The translations under genes were made by a program, and so were the position numbers. The notes beneath the pieces were generated by a model that saw nothing but the letters and a program-made list of their open reading frames with translations, did not search any database and had not been told where the DNA came from. From Nanobdellota archaeon (GTDB lineage Archaea; Nanobdellota; Nanobdellia; Pacearchaeales; GW2011-AR1), in contig JBBSXO010000005.1 in NCBI GenBank assembly GCA_038045705.1, positions 21,136 through 85,135 on the forward strand: a stretch of 64,000 nucleotides of DNA. Reading direction: 5' to 3'. Of this stretch, positions 9,373 to 19,825 are shown piece after piece. Every line of letters starts with the position of its first letter. The stretch's first letter is position 1.

Positions 9373-9905
9373 GCTTAGTATATCAACCAGCAGAAGATTC
9401 TTATCTTATTGAGTCAACAATAAAAAAATATGCTAAAAACAAGTCAGTTCTGGATATATGTACAGGTTCAGGAATTTTAGCTATCAAAGCTTTAGAATCA
9501 GGAGCAAAATCAGTTACGGCAGTGGATATAAATCAAGATGCTCTGGATAGCATAAAAGAAAAAAGAATAAAAAAAATCAAGTCAAATATCTTTAGCAAAG
9601 TCAATAAAAAGTTTGATTTAATTATCTGTAATCCACCCTATCTTCCAGAAAACAAACAGGAAGACAAAGAAAGTAGATTAGCAACTACAGGTGGAAAAAA
9701 AGGAGATGAATTCATTCTAAAATTGCTCAAACAAGCCAAAAAGTATCTAGAAAATAATGGAATTATTCTCCTTTTAGTCTCTTCTTTAACTCCAATGAAA
9801 AGAATAAATAATTTATTAGAAAAAAATAAACTTAAGTCAAAAGTCATAGATTCAAAGAATTTTTTCTTTGAAAAATTAGAGGTTTTAGAAATAAGAGATA
9901 ACTAA
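9369..9905 (+). CDS. HemK2/PrmC-like N5-glutamine methyltransferase
   Basis: VYQPAEDSYL, LDICTGSG and NPPY motifs. Confidence 0.9.
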   Translation: MSLVYQPAEDSYLIESTIKKYAKNKSVLDICTGSGILAIKALESGAKSVTAVDINQDALDSIKEKRIKKIKSNIFSKVNKKFDLIICNPPYLPENKQEDKESRLATTGGKKGDEFILKLLKQAKKYLENNGIILLLVSSLTPMKRINNLLEKNKLKSKVIDSKNFFFEKLEVLEIRDN

Positions 9906-9913
9906 AAAACTAG

Positions 9914-10270
9914 CTACCTCATTAAATGATTAATATTTTGAGCCACAAAATCATGCTCTTCATTCTTAACTCCTAAATCTTGTTTTGTCAAAAACCATGC
10001 AAATTTTAAGAAATTCTTAACAGTAGGATTTTCAAGATTCAGTATATACATATCTGATTTTCCAACTCTTCTTGTCTTAACAATAATCTCCTTATCAAGA
10101 AATTCTTCAAAAAAACTCTTTAAAGAATTATAACTGATATTTGATTCTCTTGCCATGTCAGTCATGTTGAAGTCAAAAAAGTGATTTCCAATTAAGAAAT
10201 CCAGAAATCTTAGTTTCGGAGTATCGCCAAAATATTCCAAAAATGCAGATTTGTTTTCTTCGTTTTTCAT
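9914..10270 (-). CDS. Winged-helix transcriptional regulator
   Basis: FGDTPKLRFLDFL...MTDMARESNIS...TRRVGKSDMYILN. Confidence 0.75.
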   Translation of the reverse strand: MKNEENKSAFLEYFGDTPKLRFLDFLIGNHFFDFNMTDMARESNISYNSLKSFFEEFLDKEIIVKTRRVGKSDMYILNLENPTVKNFLKFAWFLTKQDLGVKNEEHDFVAQNINHLMR

Positions 10271-10369
10271 AACTTCTTTAAATCTTGTCTTTATTTAAAT
10301 CTTTCTCTTAAAGACAATTTAACTATCAAAGTAAGAAACATTTAAATAACTTTCAAGTTTATAATCTCA

Positions 10370-10627
10370 ATGGAAAAAGAGAAAGCACAGCTTATGTTTA
10401 AACTTGCTTACTCAAAGAAAAACTGGGGACACAAATATGACAGATTAGAGCATTTCAAAAGATTTCCAAACTTAAAACAAGTAGTAAAAGAACTCTCAAA
10501 TAAAGGATGGATTCTAATATACAACAAGCCAAATTTCATAGGCATCTCATTAAATACTCAATTCAAGAAAGAAATCATCTCATTCATAGAAAATCATCTT
10601 CCGCATTTGAATGGTATGATTGGATAA
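10370..10627 (+). CDS. Hypothetical protein
   Basis: 85-aa ORF with TTTAAATA box upstream; divergent from the wHTH gene. Confidence 0.6.
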   Translation: MEKEKAQLMFKLAYSKKNWGHKYDRLEHFKRFPNLKQVVKELSNKGWILIYNKPNFIGISLNTQFKKEIISFIENHLPHLNGMIG

Positions 10628-10735
10628 AATAATGCAATAATATTGATAGTGTTTCACACAAACATATGTCGAAGATATAGAGCTCAAGCATAATAACACA
10701 ACAATACCTAAAAACTAAGTATCTCAGCAAAACCT

Positions 10736-11884
10736 ATGAAGTTTGGTCATTTAGCAGATTGCCATTTAGGTGGTTGGAGATACCCAGAGTTGCAACAACT
10801 CAATTTTGAGAGTTTTAAGAGCGCCTTAGAAACATGTAAAAAAGAGAAAGTAGATTTCATCCTTATAGCTGGAGATTTATTTGATTCCCCATATCCACCA
10901 ATAGAAATAATAAAAGATGCTTTTAATGAATTTCGTAAGTTAAAAGAAGCAAATATACCAATCTTCTTTATAGCTGGAAGTCATGATTATTCAATTTCAG
11001 GAAAAAGTTTTCTAGATGTAATGGAAAAGTCAGGTTTTGGAACAAATGTTTTCAAGGCTCAAGAAAAAGACGACTCTATAATTTTAGAGCCAACAATTTA
11101 CAAAAATGTTGCCATTTACGGTTACCCTGGAAAAAAAACAGGATTAGAAGTTTATGATATTCCTAAAATAAAGTTGCAAGATGCCCCTGGATTATTTAAA
11201 ATATTGATGTTACATACTACAATGAAAGATGCTCTGCCAGGTTTAGATATTCCATCAGTAGATAGAGAAAGTCTACCTAAGGTAGATTATTTAGCACTAG
11301 GGCATTTACATCTACAGTATGAAAAAGGAAATGCAAGATATGGGGGACCAATGTACCCAAATAATGCAAGCGAGTTAGAAGATTTACAATATGGAACTTT
11401 CTATATAGTTGACACAAACAAAGAAATCAAGAGACATAACGTAAAACTAAAGGATGTTCTAGTTCTAGACTTAGAAATAACAGACTCTTTAATAGGAACA
11501 GAGACAATTTTAGAAGAATTAAAAAAACATTTATTAAAAGATAAAATTTTAATTCTAAAATTAAAAGGAGTTTTAGAAAGAGGAAAAATAACAGATATAA
11601 ATTTCAATAAAATTGAAGAATTCTCAAGAAAACATGGAGTATGGTGTTTTATGAAAAACACTACTAGGTTATTTTTTCCAATAGTAGAAGTTGATGTAAC
11701 TCCTCAGACAGAAGACTTTGAAAAAGAAATAATAGATAGTTTCTGTAGCAAGCATCCTCATGATCTAAACAAACACATACAATTACTTTTATTAATGCTT
11801 AATATGGAGAAAAAAGAAGATGAAACATCTAGAACTTTTGAAGATAGGTTATTTGGAGATTCAATAAAAGTTCTATTCCCATGA
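10736..11884 (+). CDS. mre11: DNA repair nuclease Mre11
   Basis: ADCHLG, AGDLFD, GSHD and LGHLH phosphoesterase motifs; overlaps rad50. Confidence 0.92.
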   Translation: MKFGHLADCHLGGWRYPELQQLNFESFKSALETCKKEKVDFILIAGDLFDSPYPPIEIIKDAFNEFRKLKEANIPIFFIAGSHDYSISGKSFLDVMEKSGFGTNVFKAQEKDDSIILEPTIYKNVAIYGYPGKKTGLEVYDIPKIKLQDAPGLFKILMLHTTMKDALPGLDIPSVDRESLPKVDYLALGHLHLQYEKGNARYGGPMYPNNASELEDLQYGTFYIVDTNKEIKRHNVKLKDVLVLDLEITDSLIGTETILEELKKHLLKDKILILKLKGVLERGKITDINFNKIEEFSRKHGVWCFMKNTTRLFFPIVEVDVTPQTEDFEKEIIDSFCSKHPHDLNKHIQLLLLMLNMEKKEDETSRTFEDRLFGDSIKVLFP

Positions 11885-13932
11885 TTTTCAAAAGTATAAG
11901 ATTAAAAAATATAAGAAGTTACAAAGAACAGGAAATAAAATTTCCAGAAGGAGCTGTGCTTCTTGCAGGAGACGTAGGCTCAGGGAAGACATCTATTCTT
12001 TTAGCAATAGAGTATGCATTATTTGGTTTGCAACCAGGGCAAAGAGGTTCATCACTTCTATCCAATGGAGAAGAGTATGGTGAAGTCTCTTTAGAAATGG
12101 ATATTAATGGAGTTCATACAATAATAGACCGAGGATTAAAGAGAAGTTTGAAATCAATAAATCAGGATTTTGCTGCGATAACTATAAATGGGAGCAGATT
12201 CGAATCTTCAGTAACAGAAGTAAAATTAAAAATTCTAGAATTATTGAATTACCCCCTAGATTTTGTAAGAAAAAATAACCTTTTGTATAAATACACAGTT
12301 TATACACCTCAAGAAGAGATGAAACAGATAATTCAAGAAAGCACAGATGTAAGGTTAGATGTTTTGAGGCATGTATTTGGAATAGACAAATACAAAAGGA
12401 TACAGGATAATATTCAAAGAATTGCAACAATGATACGAGATGAATCAAGAATATTACAAGCAGAATCTGCATCAATAGAATCAAAAAAGAGTGAGTTAGA
12501 TTCAAGTCTAAAATTTGTTAATATATTAGAGTCAAACATTGTTGCTAAACAGGAAGAAGTAAATAAATTAAAATATGAAAAAGAGTTGAAAGAAAAAGAA
12601 GTAGACTCCTTACAAAAATTAGTTGCAGATAAAGAAAATTTCAAGAAGGAAATAGAAAAGTTTTCAATAATGGGAAGAAATAAACAGGAGCAGATATCAA
12701 GATTTGTAAAAGACCTCAAAGATGTAGAAGATTTATTAGAAGGCTCCAAGATAAATGACTCAAACACTAATATCAAAACAATTATAGATCAAATATCTAA
12801 AGAAAAGTCCACAATAAATTTGTTAGAAAAAGAATATCTTGAATTAAGTTCAAAAAGCAGTTCTTTGGATATGTTCAGACAGCAAGAAATAAGTAAGAAG
12901 AATAAAATATTTCAGTTAAAACACTGCCCTACTTGTTTGCAAGATGTCCCAGAAGCTCACAAACATAACATAATGAATGATACCGAATCAAAAATAAAAA
13001 AAGCAATAGATGATAAATCAGTTTTGTTGTCTGAAATTCAAAAAATTGAGTTTGAATTAAAAAAACATAAAGAAATAACTAATGTTTTAGAACAGGAGAG
13101 AATAGCTATGGAGATTCAAAATGCAAGACAAGAAAACTTGAACAAGCATATGATCAAAAAACAAGAACTCTTAAAATTAAAAGAAGCTTTTGAAAAAGAT
13201 GTTTTATTGATAAATGAGCAAATAGATTCTCTAAAAAAACATTCTTTTGAATATACAAAATTTGAAAATTTATTAAAAATAAAGAAAGACGAACTATCTA
13301 TTTTAGCAGAATCAGAAAAAATGAGAGAGATAGAATTTGCAGAAATAAGAAAAGAAATAGAATTAACAAATAAGGAAATATCAAAATATAATATTGAAAT
13401 ACAGAAGGGTCAGGAATCTAGAAATAAACTGGTAAGAATGTTAGAAGTAGAAGGCTGGTTATCAAACAATTTCACAAATTTAACAAAGTTCACTGAAAAG
13501 AATATTCTCATTGCATTGAGAAAGGAATTTACAAAAATATTTAATAAATGGTTTTCAATGCTTACCACAGATGCCTTTGAAGTGTATCTAGATGAAAATT
13601 TTTCTCCAGTAATTGTTCATAATGAATTTGAATTAGACTATGAATTTCTTTCAGGTGGAGAGCGAACAGCAGTAGCTCTGGCTTACAGACTAGCACTAAA
13701 CCAATTAATAAACTCAGTTTTAAGTAAAATAAAAACATCAGATGTAGTCATTTTAGATGAACCTACAGAGGGATTCTCAGAACAGCAATTAGACAAAATG
13801 AGAGATATGTTGCGTGAGTTAAATGTAAAACAACTCTTAATAGTTAGTCATGAAACAAAAATAGAGAGTTTTGTAGACCATGTAATACGTTTCAGAAAAA
13901 CTAATGGAATCTCAAAGGTAGTAGCAGAGTAA
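11881..13932 (+). CDS. rad50: Rad50 SMC-like ATPase
   Basis: Walker A GDVGSGKTS, zinc hook CPTC, LSGGE signature, LDEPT Walker B. Confidence 0.92.
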   Translation: MIFKSIRLKNIRSYKEQEIKFPEGAVLLAGDVGSGKTSILLAIEYALFGLQPGQRGSSLLSNGEEYGEVSLEMDINGVHTIIDRGLKRSLKSINQDFAAITINGSRFESSVTEVKLKILELLNYPLDFVRKNNLLYKYTVYTPQEEMKQIIQESTDVRLDVLRHVFGIDKYKRIQDNIQRIATMIRDESRILQAESASIESKKSELDSSLKFVNILESNIVAKQEEVNKLKYEKELKEKEVDSLQKLVADKENFKKEIEKFSIMGRNKQEQISRFVKDLKDVEDLLEGSKINDSNTNIKTIIDQISKEKSTINLLEKEYLELSSKSSSLDMFRQQEISKKNKIFQLKHCPTCLQDVPEAHKHNIMNDTESKIKKAIDDKSVLLSEIQKIEFELKKHKEITNVLEQERIAMEIQNARQENLNKHMIKKQELLKLKEAFEKDVLLINEQIDSLKKHSFEYTKFENLLKIKKDELSILAESEKMREIEFAEIRKEIELTNKEISKYNIEIQKGQESRNKLVRMLEVEGWLSNNFTNLTKFTEKNILIALRKEFTKIFNKWFSMLTTDAFEVYLDENFSPVIVHNEFELDYEFLSGGERTAVALAYRLALNQLINSVLSKIKTSDVVILDEPTEGFSEQQLDKMRDMLRELNVKQLLIVSHETKIESFVDHVIRFRKTNGISKVVAE

Positions 13933-14015
13933 GATGGTATACAAACATAATTCCACAAGATGAAAAAATTTAAATACTATGATTAAAACATAACTTAAGG
14001 GTATTTTTTATTCTC

Positions 14016-14690
14016 ATGAATGAAGACATTTCAAAACACGTTCTAAAAACTGGAACATTAACAATTGGCATAGTATGCAAAGACGGCATAGTTGTAGCTG
14101 CAGATAGAAGGCAATCTTATGGTGGTCAGGGTGGAGGAGTTTCGTATCTTGCAGGCGCAGCCAAGAAAGTCCTAGAAATTACAGATAGAATGATTGCCAC
14201 AACTGCTGGTACTGCATCGGATACAAGGAAGGTCTTGGAAATAATGAGGGCAGAATTTAAATTAAAAGAACTAAGAACTAGAGAAAGAATAACCGTTCCA
14301 GAAGCAGCTAATTTTTTAGCAAATATGGTTTATGGAAACATCAGAACACCATCAATGATTCCAAGCATAACACATTTTATAATTTCAGGATATGATGAGA
14401 AAGGAATTTATCTTTATGATATATCTCCAGATGGGTATATCCAGGAATCAAATAGTTATGTGGCAACAGGGAGTGGAATAATGCAGGCACACCCTATTTT
14501 AGACTCAGAATATAAGAAAAATATGACTATTGATGAGGCTATTTTAATGGTTACTAAATGTATTAAAGCCGCAACAGCAAGAGAACCATCAGTTGGAGCT
14601 GGAATTGATATTTATACAGTAAAAAAAGGTGAAATTAAACAGGTAGTAGATAAGGAAGCTATAGTAAGTTTCGAAAATCATACAAAGTAA
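14016..14690 (+). CDS. psmB: Proteasome subunit beta
   Basis: KTG|TLTIGIVCKDGIVVAAD propeptide and Thr1; ATGSG. Confidence 0.95.
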   Translation: MNEDISKHVLKTGTLTIGIVCKDGIVVAADRRQSYGGQGGGVSYLAGAAKKVLEITDRMIATTAGTASDTRKVLEIMRAEFKLKELRTRERITVPEAANFLANMVYGNIRTPSMIPSITHFIISGYDEKGIYLYDISPDGYIQESNSYVATGSGIMQAHPILDSEYKKNMTIDEAILMVTKCIKAATAREPSVGAGIDIYTVKKGEIKQVVDKEAIVSFENHTK

Positions 14691-14697
14691 AATTCTA

Positions 14698-16593
14698 ATG
14701 AGTGAAATATTGAAAGCAATAAAAAGTGAATTACCTAATGGTGTAGTTAGTGAAGCAATCTTCGAAGGAGCTAACATAGTCCTTTATACAACAGATAAAG
14801 AATTTTTTAGAAATAGCGATGAAAAAATAAGAGAGGTAGTAAAAAAAGTAAAGAAAAGAATAGAAATTAGAGCAGATACAAGTTTATTAGCACCACAAGA
14901 AGAAACTGAAAAGACTATTAGAGAACTAGTTCCAACAGAAGCAGAGATAGAATCAATAATTTTCGACGTTCAAAGAAGCACAGCTATAGTAGAAGCAAAA
15001 CGTCCAGGGATAGTAATCGGAAAACAGGGAGGAATTCTTAAGCAAATAAGGGATTCAACAATGTGGACAATCCAGACACAAAGAAGTCCTGCAATTCATT
15101 CAAAAATTACTGAAAAGATAAGAGACGTTTTATATGCAAATAATAATTATAGAAAGAAATTTTTAAATGATATAGGAAAAAAGGTTTATGAAAACTGGAA
15201 TCCTGAAAAGATGGATATATGGGTTAGACTCACATATCTAGGAAGTGGTCGTCAGGTAGGTCGTTCATGTTTGCTTTTACAAACTCCCAAATCAAAGATA
15301 GTCTTTGATTGCGGAATAAACCCGGGAATACTCCACGGACCTGAAAAGTTCCCTTATCTTGATGTCTCAGAAATAGGAGATCTTGGTTCAATTGACGCAA
15401 TAGTATTATCGCATGCTCATTTGGATCACAGCGGAGTTATTCCTTACCTCTACAAAATGGGGTATCGTGGTCCAGTATATATGACTCCCCCTACAAGAGA
15501 TATAGCAGCATTACTTACTCTTGATCTTGTAGGAGTTGCTTACAAGCAGGCAGAATCTCCATTATACAGACCAGATGATGTGAAAGAAATGGTTAGACAT
15601 TCTATTTGTCTTAACTACGGAGAAGTTTTTGATATAACTCCAGATATAAGGATAACTTTCTATAATGCGGGTCACGTACTCGGTTCAGCGGTTACTCATG
15701 TAAATATTGGAAATGGTTTGCACAACTTTGTTTATACAGGAGACTCAAACTATAGAAAAACAAGGTGTTTAGATCCAGCAGTAAACTTTTATCCAAGAGT
15801 TGAATCAGTAATGGTTGAATCAACTTATGGTTCTAAAGATCAGATTCAGCCACCTGCTTCAGAAGTAGATGAAAGGTTTTTTTCTTTAGTTAATGAAACA
15901 ATAAAAAGAAACGGAAAAATATTGCTTCCAGAATTGGGCTTAGGTCATGCACAAGAAACTCTTTTAAGAGTTGAAGAGGCAATTCGTACAGGTAAACTCC
16001 CAGAAATTCCAGTTTACCTAGATGGAATGTTATGGGATATTACTGCCATTCATACAGCATATCCAGAATTTTTAGGAAGCAATTTAAGAAATAGGATATT
16101 CCAAGATGAGAATCCTTTCGTTTCACCATATTTCAAAAGAATAGGTTCTCCTACAGAGCGTAAGGAAGTAATTGAAGGAGGACCATGTATTGTTATAGCT
16201 ACTTCAGGAATGTTAGCAGGGGGAGCATCAGTTCAATACTTTAAAGAATTTGCAGAGAGTGAAAATAATTTAATAATCTTCGGATGTTACCAAGCGCCTA
16301 ATTCATTGGGTAGACAAGTTTCTGAAGGAAATAAAGTTGTAAAAATAGATGATCAATTAGGTGGAGAAACAGTTAAAGTTAATATGCAAGTAGAAACAAT
16401 GTCTGGATTATCAGCTCACTCAGGTCGTGGTGAATTAATGCAGTTCATAGCAAGAATGTCTCCAAAACCTAAAAAAATAATTTTAAGTCATGGAGAACAA
16501 TCAAGATGCCTTGATTTAGCTTCAAGCATTTATAGGCAGTATGGGATAGAGACAGTTGTCCCAAGAAATTTAGAAACAATAAGATTAAAATAA
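14698..16593 (+). CDS. fttA: aCPSF1 (KH + beta-CASP ribonuclease, termination factor)
   Basis: FEGANIVLYT, KH region PGIVIGKQG, HAHLDH and SAHSGR; follows psmB as is typical. Confidence 0.95.
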   Translation: MSEILKAIKSELPNGVVSEAIFEGANIVLYTTDKEFFRNSDEKIREVVKKVKKRIEIRADTSLLAPQEETEKTIRELVPTEAEIESIIFDVQRSTAIVEAKRPGIVIGKQGGILKQIRDSTMWTIQTQRSPAIHSKITEKIRDVLYANNNYRKKFLNDIGKKVYENWNPEKMDIWVRLTYLGSGRQVGRSCLLLQTPKSKIVFDCGINPGILHGPEKFPYLDVSEIGDLGSIDAIVLSHAHLDHSGVIPYLYKMGYRGPVYMTPPTRDIAALLTLDLVGVAYKQAESPLYRPDDVKEMVRHSICLNYGEVFDITPDIRITFYNAGHVLGSAVTHVNIGNGLHNFVYTGDSNYRKTRCLDPAVNFYPRVESVMVESTYGSKDQIQPPASEVDERFFSLVNETIKRNGKILLPELGLGHAQETLLRVEEAIRTGKLPEIPVYLDGMLWDITAIHTAYPEFLGSNLRNRIFQDENPFVSPYFKRIGSPTERKEVIEGGPCIVIATSGMLAGGASVQYFKEFAESENNLIIFGCYQAPNSLGRQVSEGNKVVKIDDQLGGETVKVNMQVETMSGLSAHSGRGELMQFIARMSPKPKKIILSHGEQSRCLDLASSIYRQYGIETVVPRNLETIRLK

Positions 16594-17082
16594 TTATCTA
16601 AATTCTTCAACAGCTTTTAACACATTGTTTACAAGATCCTTTGTAATAAACAAAGAAGACTGATTATACAATTCGTTTATCTTATTAATAGTTGTTTTTT
16701 TATCAATTATTTTTTGTCTAAAAGCACGAAGTACAATTCCAATAGTCCCATGAACTTCTAGAGAATAATCTTTAGCGACAATTCGCGCATCAAGATCATC
16801 AGTTATAAAGTAGTTTATTTTTTCTTGTAATGCGAGCGCAATTGCAGATGATTCACCAATATCTAAATTATATTTATTTGTAAATAATTTAACCATATCT
16901 TTAGAAGAATGAGACAAATTCTTAAGTTTTACTTTTTTTGGAAGACCTATCTTATATTTTAACAACTCATCAATTACTTCCTTAGAAGTAAAGATACTAG
17001 AAAATATCTCCAAAGCATCTATAAAGCTTATTTCAGTTAAATGTATTATTGGACCAGTATTAGAAACAGCTTTATTTTCCAT
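16594..17082 (-). CDS. PIN-domain toxin (DUF3368-like)
   Basis: VSNTGPIIHL, LDIGESSAIALA, ITDDLDAR and HGTIG motifs. Confidence 0.85.
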   Translation of the reverse strand: MENKAVSNTGPIIHLTEISFIDALEIFSSIFTSKEVIDELLKYKIGLPKKVKLKNLSHSSKDMVKLFTNKYNLDIGESSAIALALQEKINYFITDDLDARIVAKDYSLEVHGTIGIVLRAFRQKIIDKKTTINKINELYNQSSLFITKDLVNNVLKAVEEFR

Positions 17083-17284
17083 ATAATCCCCATTGAATAT
17101 CTTCCTTTATAGCAGACTCCAACTGGACAATTTTCTGTTTTTTAACGAGTTCACGGACAGCATCACGAATTAATTCAGACCTGTTTGCATACCATCCTTG
17201 TTTTATCAACTCTTCCATTTCATCAATTATTCTTTTTGTTAGTTTTGCTGGAACAGTTTCCATATCTGACTTATTAACTTCCAT
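17072..17284 (-). CDS. Ribbon-helix-helix (CopG-like) antitoxin
   Basis: GWYANRSELIRDAVREL; overlaps the PIN gene. Confidence 0.85.
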   Translation of the reverse strand: MEVNKSDMETVPAKLTKRIIDEMEELIKQGWYANRSELIRDAVRELVKKQKIVQLESAIKEDIQWGLYGK

Positions 17285-17308
17285 ATAGTATCACCTGAGT
17301 AATACTAT
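17285..17308. promoter_or_regulatory. Inverted repeat directly upstream of the RHH start, putative operator
   Basis: ATAGTAT-N10-ATACTAT between the TTTAAA box and ATG. Confidence 0.5.
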
Positions 17309-17379
17309 TTAAACATTTTTATTTTCATTTTCACCACATTTAAATATATACATCATTTATATAAATTGAAAGAGAAAAA

Positions 17380-18312
17380 ATGAAGCACACAGTAAAAATT
17401 ACATTAATTCTGATAAGTTTATTCTTTGTAGCACAATTAATAGGAATTTATGTAGCACACGCATATTTGCCTGAAATAAAACAGGTTGTAAATGAAACAA
17501 CAGGCGAAGTAACAAATGAAACTATTTACAATTTACCTTACGGGTTAGATCCACCAACAGACATTAAGCCTCAAGAATCAATTTTATCAATAATAATAGC
17601 ATTATGCATCGCAGTCACTCTTATGTTATTCCTGATGAAGTTAAAAGCAGAAACTTTTCTAAGGGGATGGTTCACGATAGTAGTCATTTTGGGACTTTCA
17701 ATAGCTCTTAATGCATTTTTAATGCCTATTCCCAAAGCTGCTTTGATTTCAGTTATAATTGCAATTCCACTAGGGATATTAAAAATATTTCATAGGAATA
17801 TGTTTGTACACAATGCAACAGAGCTTCTAATCTACCCAGGTATTGCGACCGTTTTTATACCAATTCTAAACATTTGGTCAGTAGCAGTTTTATTAGTAAT
17901 AATCTCTGTATATGACATATATGCAGTATGGCATGCTGGTTTCATGCAAAAAATGGCTAAGTTCCAAATTCAAAAATTAAAACTGTTTTCAGGTTTCTTT
18001 GTTCCATATATGAGAAAAGAAGATAGGTTAGTTCTAAGCAAAGTAAAATCTATGAAAGAGAAAGAAAACAAATTGAAAAAGATAAGAGTAAATCTTGCAA
18101 TTTTAGGCGGAGGCGACGTAGTATTCCCTATAATTCTAGCAGGAGTAGTATTGAGAACAATGGGCTTGTGGCAGGCATTCATAATAGCATTAGGGGCTAC
18201 TTTAGCCTTAGCATATTTATTCTATAGGTCAGAAAAAGGCAAGTTTTATCCAGCAATGCCTTTCATATCAATAGGTTGCTTTATCGCTTTAGCAATTGCT
18301 TATTTAATTTAA
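17380..18312 (+). CDS. Presenilin-family (GxGD) intramembrane aspartyl protease
   Basis: VYDIYAVW, LGGGD and PAMPF motifs; multiple TMs. Confidence 0.9.
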   Translation: MKHTVKITLILISLFFVAQLIGIYVAHAYLPEIKQVVNETTGEVTNETIYNLPYGLDPPTDIKPQESILSIIIALCIAVTLMLFLMKLKAETFLRGWFTIVVILGLSIALNAFLMPIPKAALISVIIAIPLGILKIFHRNMFVHNATELLIYPGIATVFIPILNIWSVAVLLVIISVYDIYAVWHAGFMQKMAKFQIQKLKLFSGFFVPYMRKEDRLVLSKVKSMKEKENKLKKIRVNLAILGGGDVVFPIILAGVVLRTMGLWQAFIIALGATLALAYLFYRSEKGKFYPAMPFISIGCFIALAIAYLI

Positions 18313-18376
18313 TATAAGTGTAATTTCAAAGTAAACCACAAATTAGATATATAAGTTAATTTTAGAGTTAAACACC

Positions 18377-18586
18377 ATGGATAAAAATAAAGCACTTGTT
18401 GTATTTCAAGATAAGAAAATAAGAAGAACATGGTTTAATGATAAATGGTGGTTTGTTATCGAGGATATTGTTGCCATACTAACAGATTCTCAAGACCCCA
18501 AACAGTATATTAATAAAATGAGACAAAGAGATAAACCGCTTGAACAAGGGTGGGTACAGATTGTACATACCCATCCAGTCACTTGA
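18377..18586 (+). pseudogene. Truncated Bro-N domain gene
   Basis: FQDKKIRRTW...WWFVIEDIVAILTDSQDPKQY; stops after 69 aa in the middle of the domain. Confidence 0.65.
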
Positions 18587-18733
18587 AAATCTACCTTTAC
18601 ATTTTGAAGTTTCATAATATCAGTTAAGCCTTATACTCAGTCCTGAAAAGAGGTATTTAAGTTTATCTTAATATAACCCCTTTAAAGTTACAACATTAGA
18701 AACATTTAAATACCCTCAGTTTTTTGCTCCTTT

Positions 18734-19495
18734 ATGATACTAAAACAAGAAACAGTAAGCAAAGTAAAAGAACACTTTGATCTTAATATTTACGAAACCA
18801 AAGTTTGGCTGGCATTACTTTCTAAAGGCATAGTTACTGCTGGAGAAACAGCTGAAATTTCAGGAGTTCCTAGATCAAGAACTTATGATGTTCTAGAGTC
18901 TTTAACAAAGAGAGGATTTGCAATAGTAAAAATGGGAAAACCTGTAAGATATATAGCAGTAGAACCAAAAACAGTTTTAGAAAGAATACAAACAAATACT
19001 CTAAATAAAGCCCAAGAAAAAGTAACTACTCTTTCAAACTTAAAAAGCACGCAAGAATATGATGAATTAGTTCAATTACATAAGGAAGGAATATCTCCTG
19101 TAAAGATTGAAGAGTTGTCTGGACATATTAAAGGCAGATCAAACTTAATTTCAAAATTAAAAGAAATGATTGGTTCAGCAGAAAAAGAAATAGTAATTCA
19201 TACAACTGCAGAAGACTTTGAAGACAAATCAAGAATTCTTTTACCAATATTAGGCAAAATCAATAAAGAAGTAAAAATAAAAATATCATTATCTGGAGAT
19301 TCATATAAAGTTAAGAGAATGGCATCAAGAAATGAACTTAAGATAAAAGAATCTGGTCAGATAGGTAAATATTTTATCATAGATAAGAAAGAAATGTTGT
19401 TAATGATTCATCCAGAAAACATGCAAGAAGAAGTAGGTGTTTGGATAAATTCACCTTATTTTGCTAATTCTTTGTCAGGCCTATTGGAGAAGTAA
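18734..19495 (+). CDS. TrmB-family transcriptional regulator
   Basis: LNIYETKVWLALL...SGVPRSRTYDVLESL..RGF. Confidence 0.92.
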   Translation: MILKQETVSKVKEHFDLNIYETKVWLALLSKGIVTAGETAEISGVPRSRTYDVLESLTKRGFAIVKMGKPVRYIAVEPKTVLERIQTNTLNKAQEKVTTLSNLKSTQEYDELVQLHKEGISPVKIEELSGHIKGRSNLISKLKEMIGSAEKEIVIHTTAEDFEDKSRILLPILGKINKEVKIKISLSGDSYKVKRMASRNELKIKESGQIGKYFIIDKKEMLLMIHPENMQEEVGVWINSPYFANSLSGLLEK

Positions 19496-19496
19496 G

Positions 19497-19814
19497 ATGA
19501 GTTATATATCTCAATCGATAAAAGTAGGAAATTATACGGGTGTTGCTAAAAAGTGTTTTGAAGATTTAGATAATTATGCTAACCTTATGTCACAGAAAAG
19601 ACCTGGAACTACTATTTTATTTAGAACAGAAAATGCAATATTCATGCATCTTTTAGATTGTAGTGTCTTTTTTGAATATAAACCTAGTGAAAATAAAGGA
19701 AAAATAGATTTAACATTAAAAGTAGCTGGAAAAAATAGAAATGATACTTTTGAGGGGTTAGAAGATAAAGTTTTAAAATTTAATCCAAGTAAAACAGAAA
19801 CAAGAAACTTTTAA
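19497..19814 (+). CDS. Hypothetical protein
   Basis: ORF with ATG immediately after the TrmB stop. Confidence 0.55.
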   Translation: MSYISQSIKVGNYTGVAKKCFEDLDNYANLMSQKRPGTTILFRTENAIFMHLLDCSVFFEYKPSENKGKIDLTLKVAGKNRNDTFEGLEDKVLKFNPSKTETRNF

Positions 19815-19825
19815 GAATTATTAAA

